The notes below the pieces were generated by a model. It saw only the letters and a list, made by a program, of their open reading frames with translations. It made no database searches and had not been told where the DNA came from. 64,000 nt of DNA from Podarcis gaigeae (Eukaryota). The stretch is taken from the NCBI GenBank assembly GCA_964106915.2, contig OZ066925.1; one strand, 5' to 3'. The translations under genes and the position numbers were made by a program. Of the stretch, positions 41,177 through 56,748 are shown one piece after another (positions within the stretch are counted from its first letter, which is position 1; the number at the start of each line of letters is the position of its first letter).

Positions 41177-41378
41177 AGCTGCATCCTAGGTCACAGCCAG
41201 ATCGAAGATGGGTGGCAACAGCAACACTACCACCAAAATATGTGGTAAAAGATGAAGAAATGAATCCTGAAATGCATGTTTGGTTTAAAGGTGGGTCCTG
41301 GGTCTGTAAATGTTGAAGAACATTTATCTGGAGTGACTTGTTTCTGAGGGCAGTGGGGGCACTTTAGCATTAGGATAG

Positions 41379-41576
<198 letters not shown>

Positions 41577-42374
41577 TAAGTGCATCTTTACAGTTTATTG
41601 CTTTTCTTAACCTTTAACCATCACACATGGTAGTAATTTGGGGAGGAATAAAATGCTGAAGAACAAATTACCTAAGTAAGTTCTTTCTTTAAAGAGGAGT
41701 GTGTTTGTAGATCATTACAGTGTTTCTTTAATTACTCAGTTTACAATTGCTACAGGATAATGACTGCCATTGCATAACTTTCTTTCCTCAATTTAAAATT
41801 GTTACAGGGCTGTTTTTCTTCCCCCTACCCCCTGTTAACTTGAACGATATGGTTTGTTTATAGGTGGAGAAGCGCTTAGCATTAACACACCATCGAAACC
41901 ATTGTGTTCACTGTTTCTAAAACAGTAATGTAATTTTGCATGTGAAATGCACTTGTGTGTAGAAATGGTGAAGCTTCCACAAAGAAGTCAGTAAGATTAT
42001 AACTTTCTGTGTAGCAGGGCATTGGGTCATTTTATTATGCCCCCCCCTCCTAGATTCTGGTTCTCATGAGTTCTAGTTCTCATGGAAATTTAATTTAAAA
42101 AATAAATTATGGCAGGAGGGAATTGTGCAGCTTATATCACCTGAACATTCAGTAATATTTGTGGTGCATAGATTTTTGACAGAGAAACAATGCTGGAATC
42201 TTATGTTTTTATTTTGCAGTATTGAATAATCAATCTAAATTAAAATATTTCTGACACTATTAGTGATAATTTCAATTCTTTAATATCCTGCAGTGCTTAA
42301 GTGCTTATAAAACTGTTGTGTGTTTAAGGGTTTATCCAAACACTGCTGTATTGAGGTCAACTATGCATCAAATA

Positions 42375-42702
42375 GGGACACAGGTGGCGCTGTGGGTTAA
42401 ACCGCTTGAGAAGTTCGGCGCTTCAAATCCCCACATCGGGGTGAGCTTTCATTGCTCTGTCCCTGCTCCTGCCAACCTAGCAGTTTGAAAGCACGTCAAA
42501 GTGCAAGTAGATAAATAGGTACTGCTCCAGCAGGAAGGTAAACCGCGTTTCCGTGCGCTGCTCTGGTTCACCAGAAGCGGCTTAGTCATGCTGGCCACAT
42601 GACCCAGAAGCTGTACGCCGGCTCCCTCAGCCAATAAAGCGAGATGAGCGCCGCAACCCCAGAGTCAGTCACGACTGGACCTAATAGCCAGGGCTCCCTT
42701 TT
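42375..42702 (+). mobile_element. Sauria SINE, copy 4, with a small deletion in the head
   Basis: 13-bp TSD TATGCATCAAATA (42362-42374 and 42703-42715). Confidence 0.92.
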
Positions 42703-44028
42703 TATGCATCAAATAAGAACATTCAAACATCACACTCAAATGAAAGATCCACAGCAAACCTTGGGTGCGTGCACACCCTCCTCCTGTGTGACTGGGAGGA
42801 GGGGTTTGGAAACTTTCAGTTCCCCAACTTTGTTAATCACAAGCTAGTTTCAGAAACTCGTGGTTTGAATTTGACTTCTTTTAAACTAGCAGGTATGTTG
42901 ACCACAGTCCTGCATCTGGGCAATATTACAAAGCAAACAAAAGCTTCTTAACTCCTCCTTGGCTGCATGGAAAGGGAAGGGTTTGCTCCAGCTCCTTCAC
43001 ATTGTGTTAAAACCTTTGTTTAGCATGGCATTCAAATGTGGTATTTCACTTGGGAATAAAGAACTGTGAGTGTAAGGACAAATTGTAGTAATACTCTTCC
43101 ATGAACTTTTGTGCAAGGTAGTAGAATGCTTCTCATAAACAGCTCCACCATGTATTGGTGGGTTGTGTTGTGGTATGAGCAACATTGTGGATAAGGAAGA
43201 CATCAGATCTAATACTGTAAACTGTTAATGGGCTATTAAGGGCTCTTGTGGTTATTTTTCCCCACATAGCACATTTCTTCTAAATCAGAACAAATTATGT
43301 TTTGATCTTTTTTTTTAAATGAACAACAGTAAAAATAATATTTTATTGATTTTGACATTCCTAGAATCTATGCCTCATTCGGCAATTGAAAGCTGAAGCT
43401 TTCATTCTCTTTCCTTTGCTCGTGAGAAAGGAGGGAGGACTACATGAGACCAAGTCTTGTTATGGCTGATATAATGCTGATATATGGCTGATATATAATG
43501 CTGCATCATAATTTAGTTTGACTTCTTAACTGAGCCACTGAATGCAACTAGCTCAAATACAAAAAAATTAGCATGAAAATCTTTCCGTCTGTGGGACGCA
43601 TGTTATAATTTAACAGAAAGTGCTAACTAGACAGTTTAATATTATTTTGAAGTAAGTTTCAATGAACTTTTATGCAAGTTAATATATCATATTCTTAGAT
43701 CACCTACATTTTGAATTATGGAGATTTTTTAGGGGGGGTGCTTACAAATTTCAAAGTCATCATTTATAAAATTTATGAAAAGGACATGAAACCTTATGCT
43801 AATTTTAAGACCACATTTATTAATCAAAGAAGATTTTTTTAAAAAACAACAACTGTGCTGCCCTAAAAGAAATATACTTTTAGTAGAAAATACATTTGTA
43901 GCAGATCACTCCAAGAAAATCAGCCTTTTAGTTTACAGTTCAGTTTCAACAATATGTCTTGTCATTTCATGATGCCTAATTAACATCAGTAATTATGTTT
44001 GTAATGTCTTCTAGTCTGCCAGTCTTAA

Positions 44029-44487
<459 letters not shown>

Positions 44488-44633
44488 TGAATGCTGTTGG
44501 CTTGCAGCTCCCATCAGCTCTAGACATATTGGGCAAATGGACATGGATGATGAGGGTTATGACAACTGCCAAGTCCACTGCTTCCCCAGCCCTTCTTCAT
44601 CATATCTATATCGTATCTTGTATTAATACAATA

Positions 44634-44833
44634 CAGTGGTACCTTGGGTTACATAGGCTTCAGGTTACAGACTTTGCTAACCCAGAAATAGTGCTTCAGG
44701 TTAAGAACTTTGCTTCAGGATGAGAACAGAAATCGTGCACCCATTAGCTAAAGTGGTGCTTCAGGTTAAGAACAGTTTCAGGTTAAGAACGGACCTCCAG
44801 AACGAATTAAGTTCCTAACCCAAGGTACCACTG
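44634..44833. mobile_element. Tc1/mariner-type MITE, family A, copy 3, internally deleted
   Basis: TA|CAGTGGTACCTTGGGTTA ... TAACCCAAGGTACCACTG|TA. Confidence 0.9.
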
Positions 44834-47800
44834 TATATGTATTAAAGAAGATCATATCTTGAAAAACTCAATGTCCTTTTTCTATGCTGCTTCATGGCAG
44901 TGTAGAACATAAACTGGGTTTGGGTAAATTCTTTATGAGGACATAAGGAAAGTAGCACCTTAAATGGTTTTGACTCCATTATCAAGCTTATTGACTATAA
45001 AAAGTACTTTACACCTCTAGCAAAGCTGAGAATATTGGTCAAGATGCAAAGTACTATTCAGCTAGTAATGTGAGGCCCTGGGGCGCTTTTAGAACCTTGA
45101 CATTTTCTTCAACATGCTTTACCCTCATGCCACCTGGTAAAATTCATTCGAACCCAAAGGAAATTTCAAAGAGATAGGAGTCAAAGAGAAAAGGTCAGAA
45201 ATTCCACTGTGCTTGTACAAAACCCAGCTAATGTGTTTCCAGTGGTATGCACCTATCTTTTCCAAGAGTCTAGGTCAAATATTTCTCAACTGAGTTCTTA
45301 TTAAGTCCCAGATAGGTGGATTGTGACACAAGGATGTAAATGTGTTTTAAATCAGACCTTTAATGTGTGAGCATATCTGAATTGCAAGGTGTGAATATAT
45401 GAATACAAGGTGAAATGTGTATTTGTCATAATAACTGAAAATAAGTTATTAAGTATGTAGCTGTAAGGTCTTTTTTTCATTGCAATGAAGAAATATCAGC
45501 TAGCTTCTCAATGCCACTTCTGTGTTGCTGTTGGCAAGCATTTTTTATTTATTTACATTTGCATGTAATAGTTAAATTTAGTGCCAGTCATTTTGTATTT
45601 TTATTATGAGATTTTTTCACATGGAACACATCAAAGGGGACTCTTACTGTGGCTTAATAATGATCAGTGATGTTATTTTCCTTCTATGATTATGTTCTAT
45701 TTTCTGTGAACTTCATGTGAACTACCAGATTGCTTGTTTCTGGTTACTGGGTTTTAAGCTCTACAAACTTGGATGACATAAGGTTGAGTTGACAGTTTGC
45801 TTCTGTTGTTGATGCGCCTTCAAAAATACTTAAGGCCATCAGCTTAAGATGACATGCTTGGAGGGGGGCGGGAGAAACCCTGTTACTAGCTGAGTGAGGA
45901 ATTGCTGTGCTTATAAATATAAACCCAGTCAGTATTACGATTTACGAATTTTTCACATTTAATGGAACAGATAAAGAAGAAGCCTACAAACACACCACTG
46001 GGACATTACACAGGCATCTGATTTTTCTCAGTCAGCAATGGAAATAGTGACCATACCGTTTATATAATTGCAGTACTTTGCAGCACTAAGTAGTGAACAA
46101 AAATAGTGTTTTTTAGCAGTAAGGGAGAGTGCTCATTTCTTTGGCACAAAGTGAAACGTAATTACCACATTGTGGTTATGTGAAACTGTCTTTAAAGAAA
46201 ACCAGTTTATTTTGCAGCTGGTAGATTGCTGTAACTGGGGCCAGCCCTAGGAAGCATATTCCAGATTTTAAACAGATTTGCTATCCGTGGTCAGTTTACA
46301 AACACTATTTGAACACCTATTTTTTTCAAATGACTTTGTTGTTCAAGAGGTGGTTACCTGGATATGTTTTCCCATGTATTTTGCCTATGCAGTATGTTCG
46401 TTGTTGGAGCACCCTATCTTTTGAGGTCAGAGGAGTGGCAATCATGAAAATGACCTTTTTGAACGAGTATCCCAATTCCTGATTATGTTGTATTTTTATT
46501 CTTATGCTGCTTTTTAAAATGGTTTTGGTTGCCATGTTTTTATTGTTACAGTCTTCGAGGTTTATTTTGTTAAAACATGGTTTTCAATTGTGTTTGACAC
46601 ATAGCAAGTATTTTTAAACTAAATATTTGGGGTATACATTAGATAAATTTTATATTTGATTTTCCCATTACTTTATTTCAGTTGCAAAATTTGCTTCAAA
46701 AAATATCAAGTCTTCTCAATTATTGGAATTAAGATTGTGAATGTCTAATTAAAGTAGTGAATACTGGCTACAATCCAATCTGAAATTATGCACATGACAT
46801 GTAATCTCATTATAGTGAATGCATTTTAAGTGTGCCTAATGCTCTGCCAAAATATGGCGTTTGCGTCTTGATTGCAGAGATTAGATTTACATCAGTTGAA
46901 TTCAATTTAGTACGTTTGCATTTTTTCCAGTTTCTAACTTGATCTAGCAGATATTGCAAGATGGGTGTTAGATGATGAGGTCTGTGAGATATGCTCACTT
47001 TGTTTTATGTCTATTGGTGTTCCCAAACTGTTTTGAAGGCCAATCCCACAACCATCTTCCAACACCTTACAACAGTCTAACCATTAACATCTTGACAGCA
47101 ATATAAGCATGATGTTACAGCCTTGGTAATAATGGTTTCAAGTCTGCTTCTTCCAATAAAAAAAAGCTGAGGTTGGTTGTTCTAACTAAATGTCGACCAT
47201 GCCAACATCATTACACTCTTGCTTCATGCAGAGCACCCAAGAAGGAAAGATGGACAGCGAGCGTCCGAGAATTTTGAGTTTGTGCGGTTCAACTATTCCA
47301 GGTTAAGTGGGCCCACTAAATCATCTTGTCCTGGAGGTCCCCCCCAAATATTGTAGGTGATGCTAATGCTGATGGGTCTCTTCAGATCCCAGGTTTAATA
47401 TTCCATATGATACCACGTAATATCTGGAAAGTGTCTTCTGCAGTGACATTTGGTACAATGAGAGCAGACAGGATTCCCCTCCACATCAATTGCTTTTTAT
47501 TGTTAATGTTCACCATGGAAAGATACATGTCTTGTGCCTGTTCTCATTTGATTATGCTGAGTGCATGCATGTGGCGCAACAAATGAAGCAGAGTGCTTAA
47601 GTATACCCCCAAGTAGTTTATTATAAATATGAGCAGAATGGAGATGTTGATTGTCTTTGATTATTTTTAATGAAGGATATTATAATATGACAGGCTTTAC
47701 AGAAACCTAACAAACGTGCTTTCTTTTCAGCTAACAGGCAGCAGTTATTTCACCAATTACCGTCATTAGATTAAAATTTCCTTGCGGGCACATTAATGCA

Positions 47801-50800
47801 CATACACATACATATGCCATTATCATGAAGTTCTCTTCTTATTTAGCCAGTCTTTTTGGAATAATGATTTAGAGTGTGCAAATTCTTCCTCTCTGATATA
47901 GAAGGAAGAGACTTGGAAAAAGAGAAGTCTTCCTTATTAAAGCTGTTCTTTTTGCAGGCTGTGTGAACTATGTCTTCTCACATGACAAAGTGGGATAGTC
48001 CTACGGTAATTGTGCTTGCTTCCATTATGATTTCTTAATATTTATTGCCATTTTGGCATTTTCAAATAACCTGATCTTTCATAGGAATTAGTTGTTTAAT
48101 AAAGTCAGAAGAGAAGGTCAGTAATATGCTTCTGTCAGATCAGAATGTTTGTTGGCTTTTTCTAAATGAAAATTGATATCTATTTATCTTTTGTTAAAGG
48201 TCGGGGCTTGAACGTCTAGCATACAGATTTGGGGTTATTGCTGACGTTCTAATGTTACTGGGCTTTTGCAGTTTAGCCAGTTTTGCCATTTATATGTAGT
48301 TGCTATAAACCAAGACTGAATTCCTGCAGCCAATTTTGTGCACAAAAGATCCCCTTAATGTGTCACGTAGATTAATCTACGTTGCAGCATGAAGTTTGAC
48401 GGCATTGTTTGCATCTGATTAAGTCACACTGAAAAGAAACTCATTAGAATCAGTGGATTTAGTTAGTCATTACTAACTAAAGTCCATTAAGTTCAGTGGG
48501 TCCACTATGAATATTCAACACCAGAATTAATGTTTTACAATGAACACACAAGTGGTTCCTGCTTCACTCCTCTCTTAGTGCAGGTGGGTGGGAGCAACAA
48601 ACCACAATCCTGGCTTCAGACTGTGTCCAAACTATGGGTCATGATTCATTCTTCTCCTAACAAACCATGATCTGAAGCCAAGATTTGTTCCTGGAAAAAA
48701 CCATGATCCCTGGCTTAAAACAAACCACAATCTCTTGTTTAGACAATGCTAAAATAGAGTTAATGCTTTGTTGCTCCTGCTTGTGGTAGTGGAGAAGCAG
48801 AATAGATGTGATCTCCATGTTCATAGAAAACCATTTACTTATGACATGTGAACTGGGCCACTGTTCCAAGTATCCTAGTTATGGCCAAGGGAAAGACTGA
48901 ATGCCAGGGGCTCTTGCATAGCCTTCCCTTTTCTCTTCCCAAGCGCATTCCTCCCTTGCTTCTATGGTTCCCTTTAGTCATGATGAAGTGTTAGGTTGAC
49001 AACACCAGCAACCAGATTTTCCTCTTTAACCAAAGCAGGGCTAGACCAAGACATCTTGCAGCCTGAGTTTATGTTTGTAGTCTTCAAGAAGCAAAATGAA
49101 ATTAGAAACAGTAGCTTAAAAACCCCCAAAACTGTACACAATTTAGTTTTGCTTGTATGTAATAAAATGTTTGAAAATAAAAGGGTGGGAAATAACATAC
49201 AGAAACTTTGGAACACATGTGAACAAAATAACTCATAAATGGAATGATTCATAATTGTGTTCTTCTAATTAAATTATATACACAATTCCTTTATTCTTTA
49301 TATTGACTACAGCTCCTGTCATCCCTGACAGCTGCCCATGCTGGCTTGAGTTGATGGGACTTGTTAGACTCCCAACAATATATGGAGGGCACCACACTGA
49401 CTGCAACTGCATTAAACCATAGTGTAAATATACTATTATTTTACTATGAATGAGGAATGTCCCAAATGTGCACTGCTGAAATGGCAAGAAGTTCATTCCT
49501 CTTCTATTCCTGACATACTATGTGGAAACCAGACATAATCTAGCGCAACATGTCATCTGAATCTGAACAAATGGTTTATTTCTCTCCAAACAAACTACAA
49601 TAGCTAAGTCAAGCTTCTGCTTCTGCTCATGGTTTGCTTTGAGAGAAAGAACCCACAAGCCCAGATTTGGATGATATGATAGGCCAGACCACGGCTGGTT
49701 TTCTGGCCTTATGGGAACAGCAGGGGAGAAGTGATGTTTTTGTGATTTCAGCAGTGTGCACTGGTTTATTTTGACTGTGGTTTAATTTGACATGTGAACC
49801 AGCCTATAGAGCAAAGGAAATGTAATATTTTAAAATTCAAAACCTGATTCCTGATTTAGACAATCCTGGATTATTATTTTCTCTGGAGCAGCTAGTCTAC
49901 TAATTTATGGTTACATGCTACTGAAGAATACTGAAGGGTTGAAATGTTCCTGGCAGTTGGAATTGTTATTTGCAATGTTTATTGGTGATTAGATTTATTT
50001 TTCTCTGCCTTGCAATAATAACATTATTTTGCCAAAAGTGTGCTCCAACTCTTTTGCTTTTTAAGCATTTTACTATTTATTTGTTTGTTTGGTTTATTTA
50101 TTTATTTGATTATGTACGAACAATAGCAAATTGTAACATTTCCTGTTTTAGAATTTATTTTTTAAATATCCCTTTGTTGCTTTGCTTACTTTAGTACTCA
50201 AGGCCAACCAAGTTATTTTGGAACCAGAGGCAGAAAAAAACTCCTTACACTTCCTGGCAGTATAAATACAATAATAAGAAAGTGAATCATTTATCATTTG
50301 CATTTTTCCTTTCATAGCACCCAGAATCAGCTGTCCTGAGTAGCTCTGTCTAATGGTAGGGCTGGGCCTGAAAGGCTTGAAGTGGGTTTTACACTCCTTG
50401 GCTATTAACAGCAATGGTAGCATTAACAGTGATGTTCTGTTGTTAAAGGAAAGCATGGAAGAGAGCCGCCAATTCACAAGACAAACATGTTAAAACCATA
50501 TTATGCTCTCCATCTGTTAACCATGGTCTGGAGGCTGGAAACATTGTTTTGTTCCAGCTGTACCCAACAGCCAGTTGAATCGTTTCCATCCATTCTCAGC
50601 CTGATATACAACAGAACTTCAGAAACTAACCTCTCCTGTCATGATGCCGTGGAAGCTATTCATCCTTCACCTTATTACATATGACCTCTGCAATGCTGAA
50701 ATTTTGTGAATGGCGGTGCAAAGTTGGAGCAAAAATGCTACAGAGTTGAAACGTGGGCTGGCTAATTTTTCTTCTGAGTAAACTGATAAAAGAACAGAAG

Positions 50801-53712
50801 GCATGTGACTAAGTACTTTCTGGGCCTAGAGGACACGTCCCTTGCTGTGGATTATGCAAGATGGCCCAAATTCTCTCAATTTTTCAGCAAACAGGCATTC
50901 TGAATACTTTGTGTAATTGCATTGATTGCGCATGCAGCTGCAGTAATTTCTTTCTCCAATGACCAGTTCAGGTTTCTAACTGGTCATTTCAGCACACAAT
51001 TACTGTGATTGTGTATGCAGAATTCTAGAGGTGTGGATCTCCAATATAAAAGGATCTTAAAATCAAATCTTAATCCTTTCAAAAAGGGTATAATTTAAAA
51101 ATATTCTTGATCTATGTGACAGTACAGTGCTTAGTTTCTCTCCCTTCCAAATAGTTGTGTTTTTTTAGGGGGCAGTATAATGGATTCCTAATGAAGCACA
51201 CCAGACAAATAGTAGTTGTGTTTGATGAACAATTGACTAAATCAGAGCAAAATGGCACCTCGTTGCGGAGAAAAAGGAAGGGATACAAATGGGTCCATAA
51301 TCATCAACCTATCCTCACTGTCATTGCTCTATTTTTATGTGGCATTCCTACATCTGTCACGCCTTTGCCAAATGTGGTACACTTTTCATACACTATGCTA
51401 AAAGCTTTCTGGTTGGCAGATGAAAAATCTAAAGATGATGATCCTTACTTTTTCTATACATTCCACTAAAAGCTGACAATGGAGAACTTGCATAAAAGAC
51501 AACAAACACACACTGCTCATTTGTACTGCCTGCATACTACTGTTAGAATTCTGAGAATCCCAATTGATAAGAAAAATGTTAGTATATCCTGGGTGGTGGT
51601 GGGGAATTGACCTCAGTTCCAATGGCATTTTACTCCTCTGATCCAGGCAGTGCCAAAGAGAAATGTTGTAGTTATGTACCATTGATTGGACCTAGTTTTA
51701 AAGTCTCTCTAATACGTGGCTCCCAATATTCAGTCTTGCTCCCATCATTTCGTGTTATGGGTTTGTGTTATGGGTTCCAGAAACAGAGCACAAAAGTAAG
51801 ACTCTTCAGATAAGGTCTTCCTTGGTACTCAGAGGCAAAGTAAATGGACTCCCATCTGGAACCAGTTGGGGGCAAGGGATGACCTAGTGTTAACTCCAGG
51901 TAGTAGGATCATCAGGGACAGAAGGGAAGGATTAGCCACTTTAACTTTACTCAGGTTCTTTCTATAGATGCCAAGCATGGATTCTCCAGTGCTGTTTGAA
52001 GAATGTTTGAAGACTACACAGTGTTGTTTTTTAAAGAGTGCTTTCATACAGTTAGTATTTTGATTTGAGGAAGTAGAACTGGATTTTCAAAAATGTTCTA
52101 ACCAGCCTTATTATTCAGTTTCACTTGTATCTAGAAAGCCTTTAGAATGAAATAATAATTATAATCAATTTCACTCTGCCCAAAATAAGCTGTTTACTCC
52201 ATGACGACCCCCACCTCTCTCTGTCTTTCTTGTGTATGGGGTGGGTGAGTAAATAAAGATAGCTTTCAACAACAGAAACCGAAGTGGGAACCTGCTGAAA
52301 AGTTTCATGAGGAAAATCCAGGCTGTCTCCTACCCATAACAAATTGTTATGTTCTTAACAAATAGTAAATACCAGGAAAACGGAAGGAGGGAGGGTGTAA
52401 ATGGTCAGGGAATTGCAGAATATTAAGCAATCAATACACTAGTCTTGCCATGTTAGCAGCCAGTACTCTCTGCTTTTGGAAGCCCTAGCACACAAAGCAG
52501 GAACAAAAATTAATTAGACACAAGACTGCGAATAACACTAATTGCAACAATGTGTCACTTTTTATTGGTTGCAAGCACTTAAGTCAAAAGAAGATGGGGA
52601 CTTGGAGGGACTCCAGCTTGCCCCACATGAAAACACTCTGTGATAATAATCAGTTAATGGATGGAGACTGTGCAAAGTTCCTTTCTGGTATTAGCACAGT
52701 GGTTTTTCAAGTGAAGAGGAGGGGGGTCTTTGAGTGAGCACCCATTTTTCAAAGCTGATTGGCATCTGAACAGCATTAGCAGTTGCACACATTGTCTGGC
52801 CTAAACTTACTTTTTTTTGGTTCGTGCCAGCTCAATTTATTTAGTTAATTTATGCCCCAGCTTTCCCCCATGACTGAACTCACGACAGCATGTATAGGGT
52901 TTCCTGGTGGCCTCCCATCCAGGAGTTTGAGCAAAGTGGTTGCATCCTGTGTCCTCAGACCATGCCCTGGAACTATGACATTTATGGTTTTTTTAACAAG
53001 TTCAAATAATTAGCAAAATGTATAAATGGTGTGCATATCTTTAGGTAGCAATTTACCTAGCAGCCACATCAGTATTATCAGAAGATAAATAATATCCAGT
53101 TCTGATTTAAAACATCATCTGGTACAGTTCTCCTAAGACTTTACTACCTTGTGGGTTGGTGGGGAGGGTGCAGATCTGAATATTTCCCTGCACTAAAAAC
53201 ACAATAAGCTTCTCCTCTTCCTCCCCACACATAGAAAATTAGCTGGCTGGTGAGAAGGTTTCTGCCTTATAACTGATGTGCTGGTTTTGTAAGCTATAAT
53301 TCTTTCCCCATACTGACACAGGATTGGACAGAAATCTAGTTGCTCACTCTCTTTTCCAAGAAGTACATACATATGGCTTCACGGGAATTATTCTGAAAGC
53401 AGTATTATGGACCCAGGTATTTGGAAATAGCCCCTTATGTTCAGTATGTTCATATTTATTCAATCTGTCCATCCATCATCTCTGGTGCAACTTGATGCAC
53501 ACGTCCTCCTCACTCCCCTCCTCCAACACTGCAGGTAATGTAATATTGGTGTAGAATAAGAGTTTTCCTCCTTCCTCATTTTATCCTCACAATAACAACC
53601 CTGAGATGTAGGTTGGGCTGGGAGAGCATGATGACTGATCCAAGGTCACCCAGTCAACTTCATTCCTGGGCAGGAATTTTAGCCTGTGCCTTCCCAGTTC
53701 CAGTTCAACACC

Positions 53713-53918
53713 CAGAGCTTTCCAAGCTTTTCATGTTGGTGACACACTTTTTAGACTTGCATCATTTCACGACGCAGTAGTTCAGTTTTACTAGCAAACC
53801 AGAATTTAAACTAACCTCTTTCTAACCCCGGGAGGAGCGTGGGGAGCGTTTGTGCGGCACATCTACACAATGCAGCCGATACACTAATGTGTCACAACAC
53901 ACAGTTTAGAAAGCTTTG
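53713..53918. mobile_element. Non-autonomous hAT-like element nested in a MIR-like SINE
   Basis: TIR cagagctttccaa / ttagaaagctttg; interrupts the host SINE motif caaca|ctctaaccacta; the left TSD is mostly missing. Confidence 0.6.
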
Positions 53919-54323
53919 CTCTAACCACTATTCCATACTGGCTCTTTTCTGGGGAACTCTTCATCCAGGCAATTCAGAGTGGCATACCTTGTCAGTTTGT
54001 TTGGTTATTATATATAACAGGATCCAGAGAAGCCTTACTTTTATGTCCTTTGAAACCTATTTCCTAGTATAGTGATTATGGCATTTGCATGCTATCTCTT
54101 TATATGAATGTCAGTAAACCCATAGGTCATCAATGGGCAAGATACAGCCCTTCAAATGTTGTAGGGCTAAACTCCCATCAACACTGACCATTGGACTTGA
54201 TGGGAGTTGTAGTCCAAAACATCTGGAAGGCCACATATCTTCCATCCTTGCACAGGAGATGTACTAGGAAGCTTCTAGGAGAACTACTAGACTATTATTC
54301 TGAAATTATTGTAAGGTTCCTGG

Positions 54324-54531
54324 ACTTAAACTTACTTCCTCATCTCAGCAGCTCCCAAGGTATTTAATAAATAGTATGAAAACCTCTCCTGCCTCTGGAA
54401 TAGCACAAAATCTATCAACACTATGAATTTCAAACATGCAAAAAAATTCTTCTGCTCCAGAGGCAGAAGAGGTTTTAATACTATTTATAAAATACCTTGG
54501 GAACTGCCAAGATGAGAAAGTAATTTTAAGT
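54324..54531. repeat. Long inverted repeat with 76-bp arms (68/76) and a 56-nt spacer; probably an old foldback MITE
   Basis: Arms 54324-54399 and 54456-54531; weaker similarity extends to about 54279-54582. Confidence 0.85.
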
Positions 54532-55150
54532 AAAAATGGAACAGCAATATAATCAGATCAGTAATATCCTTGTAGTTTCTCTTATGGATTGTTTACATCC
54601 AGATAGTTTTCTTTATCTTGCTCAGAAGGGCTGGGCTTGGGGGTTGGTGTGTGTGTGTGGATCATCATAAGCTGGAGTCTCATGCAAAAATCTATCTATA
54701 TACAGCAGGGAGGGATAAGGACCTTTTGGCCCTTTAGGTATTGGTGGCTTGCAGCACATTTAACACCTGCCCATTGGCCATGCTGGATAGGATTGATGCA
54801 AATTGTAGTCCAGCATAATCCAGGCAGTTGCAGGTTCCTCATCCCTGATAAACATGCACTCCCACAGTCTCAGACAGGTGAGGTACTAATTTCCTTCGCT
54901 CACACTCAAATAGCAACTTCTTTTCTTTTTTTTTTACTTCTGGAGATGCTTGTAGTTAGTGGTAGAGCACAAAGTTGCTGTAAAGCAAGCCTTTTCCATT
55001 CCTGACAGATAGTATCATGATGTATTTAAGTGTTTATCTTATATTTAAGAACATGTTCTTATGCTGTGATTTAAAAATAAAATAAAATTTAATTTAATGC
55101 CTGTTGATAAGGGTTGACATAAATATGGGTATGTCTGGATGGGTATATCC

Positions 55151-55483
55151 CAGGGGTCTGCAACCTTTAAGACAAAAAGAGCCACTTGGACCCATTTCCG
55201 AAGAAGAAAAAAAACTGGGAGCCGCAAAACCATTGCGACATTTAAAACAAATATATCTCCAGAGCCGCGATCTGACAGCGGGTGGGAAGGTGACGTCGGG
55301 ACAGTGCGTGACTAACGCACGCACCGCCCCCATGCGACATCACAGCCAGTACAGCGCCCGTCACAGTGGGGAGTGTCAGGGCGCACAATGCGCCTCCTCC
55401 CCTCGCTAGTATCCGCCCCGGAGCCGTGGCAAAGGTGTAAAAGAGCCACATGCGGCTCCGGAGCCGCGGGTTGCAGACCCCTG
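55151..55483. mobile_element. Young non-autonomous hAT element
   Basis: Perfect 15-bp TIR CAGGGGTCTGCAACC / GGTTGCAGACCCCTG, perfect 8-bp TSD GTATATCC, CpG-rich interior. Confidence 0.92.
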
Positions 55484-56052
55484 GTATATCCAGATCACTT
55501 CTTAGGGTGGTATCAGTTTTTATGTATTAATCGTGTGGCTATCAGATCAATAGGATGGCTTTTGTAAATTGCTGCATGTTTTACTGGAGTGGTCACAAGA
55601 ACGTCTGGAATTTCTTTAGTTTTTGTTAGAGTTTCCTGCCTTTCAGTTGCAGAGATAATTTCCCCATTAAAGCAATAGACCTTATTTTCTGATACCATTC
55701 ATTCATTAGAATGTCCCCTAAGTTTTTCCTTTGTTTGATTATTCTTAGTCTAGCTGCTATGAATAAAATTTGTTTTAACTTGTTGATTTTTTATCTGCTT
55801 TTGTGTGAATTATCCTTAAAGGCAGGACTTAACCAGTAAGCTTTTTAGCTTTTTAGCAGAGATTTTACAATTTGTTCTGTTTCATTGTAGCCACTTCTTA
55901 AAGATGGGGAGGTTTAAGATTGGCAAAATAAAGCTTTACAACATCATTTATGTGTGTTTGAAGTTAAAGCTTGAAAGTCTGTATCCCATTTGATTGTAAA
56001 AAGCAAAGAGGTTTTCAAGAAGATAAAACCATAAAATCACAAAAATACAATA

Positions 56053-56277
56053 CAGTCATACCTTGGTTGCCGAACGCCTCGGAACTTGTACGTTTCGGTG
56101 AGTGTTCCAGTTTCTGAATGATTTTTGGAAGCTGAACATCCGGTGCAGCTTCCACAGCTTCTGATTGGCTGCAGATGCCCCTGCAGCCAATCGGAAGCCA
56201 CACCTTGGTTTCTAAACCTTTCTGGGAGTTGAACGGACTCCTGGAATGCATTCTGTTCGTGAACCAAGGTACGACTG
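56053..56277. mobile_element. Tc1/mariner-type MITE, family B
   Basis: TA|CAGTCATACCTTGGTT ... AACCAAGGTACGACTG|TA (15/16); internal hairpin gattggctgcag / ctgcagccaatc. Confidence 0.85.
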
Positions 56278-56481
56278 TACATTAACACTTACAAGAAGTT
56301 AAAATACTAAAACAGAGTAAAATTCACGCCATATTTGTGCAAGTCTCTGTGTAATGTGCATTGCATGCAAATAACTGTGAATTTAATTGTACTGATGGTA
56401 TAATATTTCTTCTAAGTATTTGTTAGTGGTTAAAAAATATTAGGCAGGGAGGGGGGAGAGCCAGAGAGTGGTTTGATGTGA

Positions 56482-56748
<267 letters not shown>

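Noticed and set aside
48530-49800. Multiple aaacca / tggttt motifs, also at about 6470-6720, 25680-25930 and 62290-62350
   Set aside because: Probably decayed palindromic DNA-transposon derivatives; the termini are not definable, so they are not listed as features.
47690-50780. Repeat-poor patches rich in TAAT/ATTA motifs (about 47700-47800 and 50400-50780) that look like conserved enhancers
   Set aside because: Conservation cannot be judged from one sequence; it needs a multi-species alignment.
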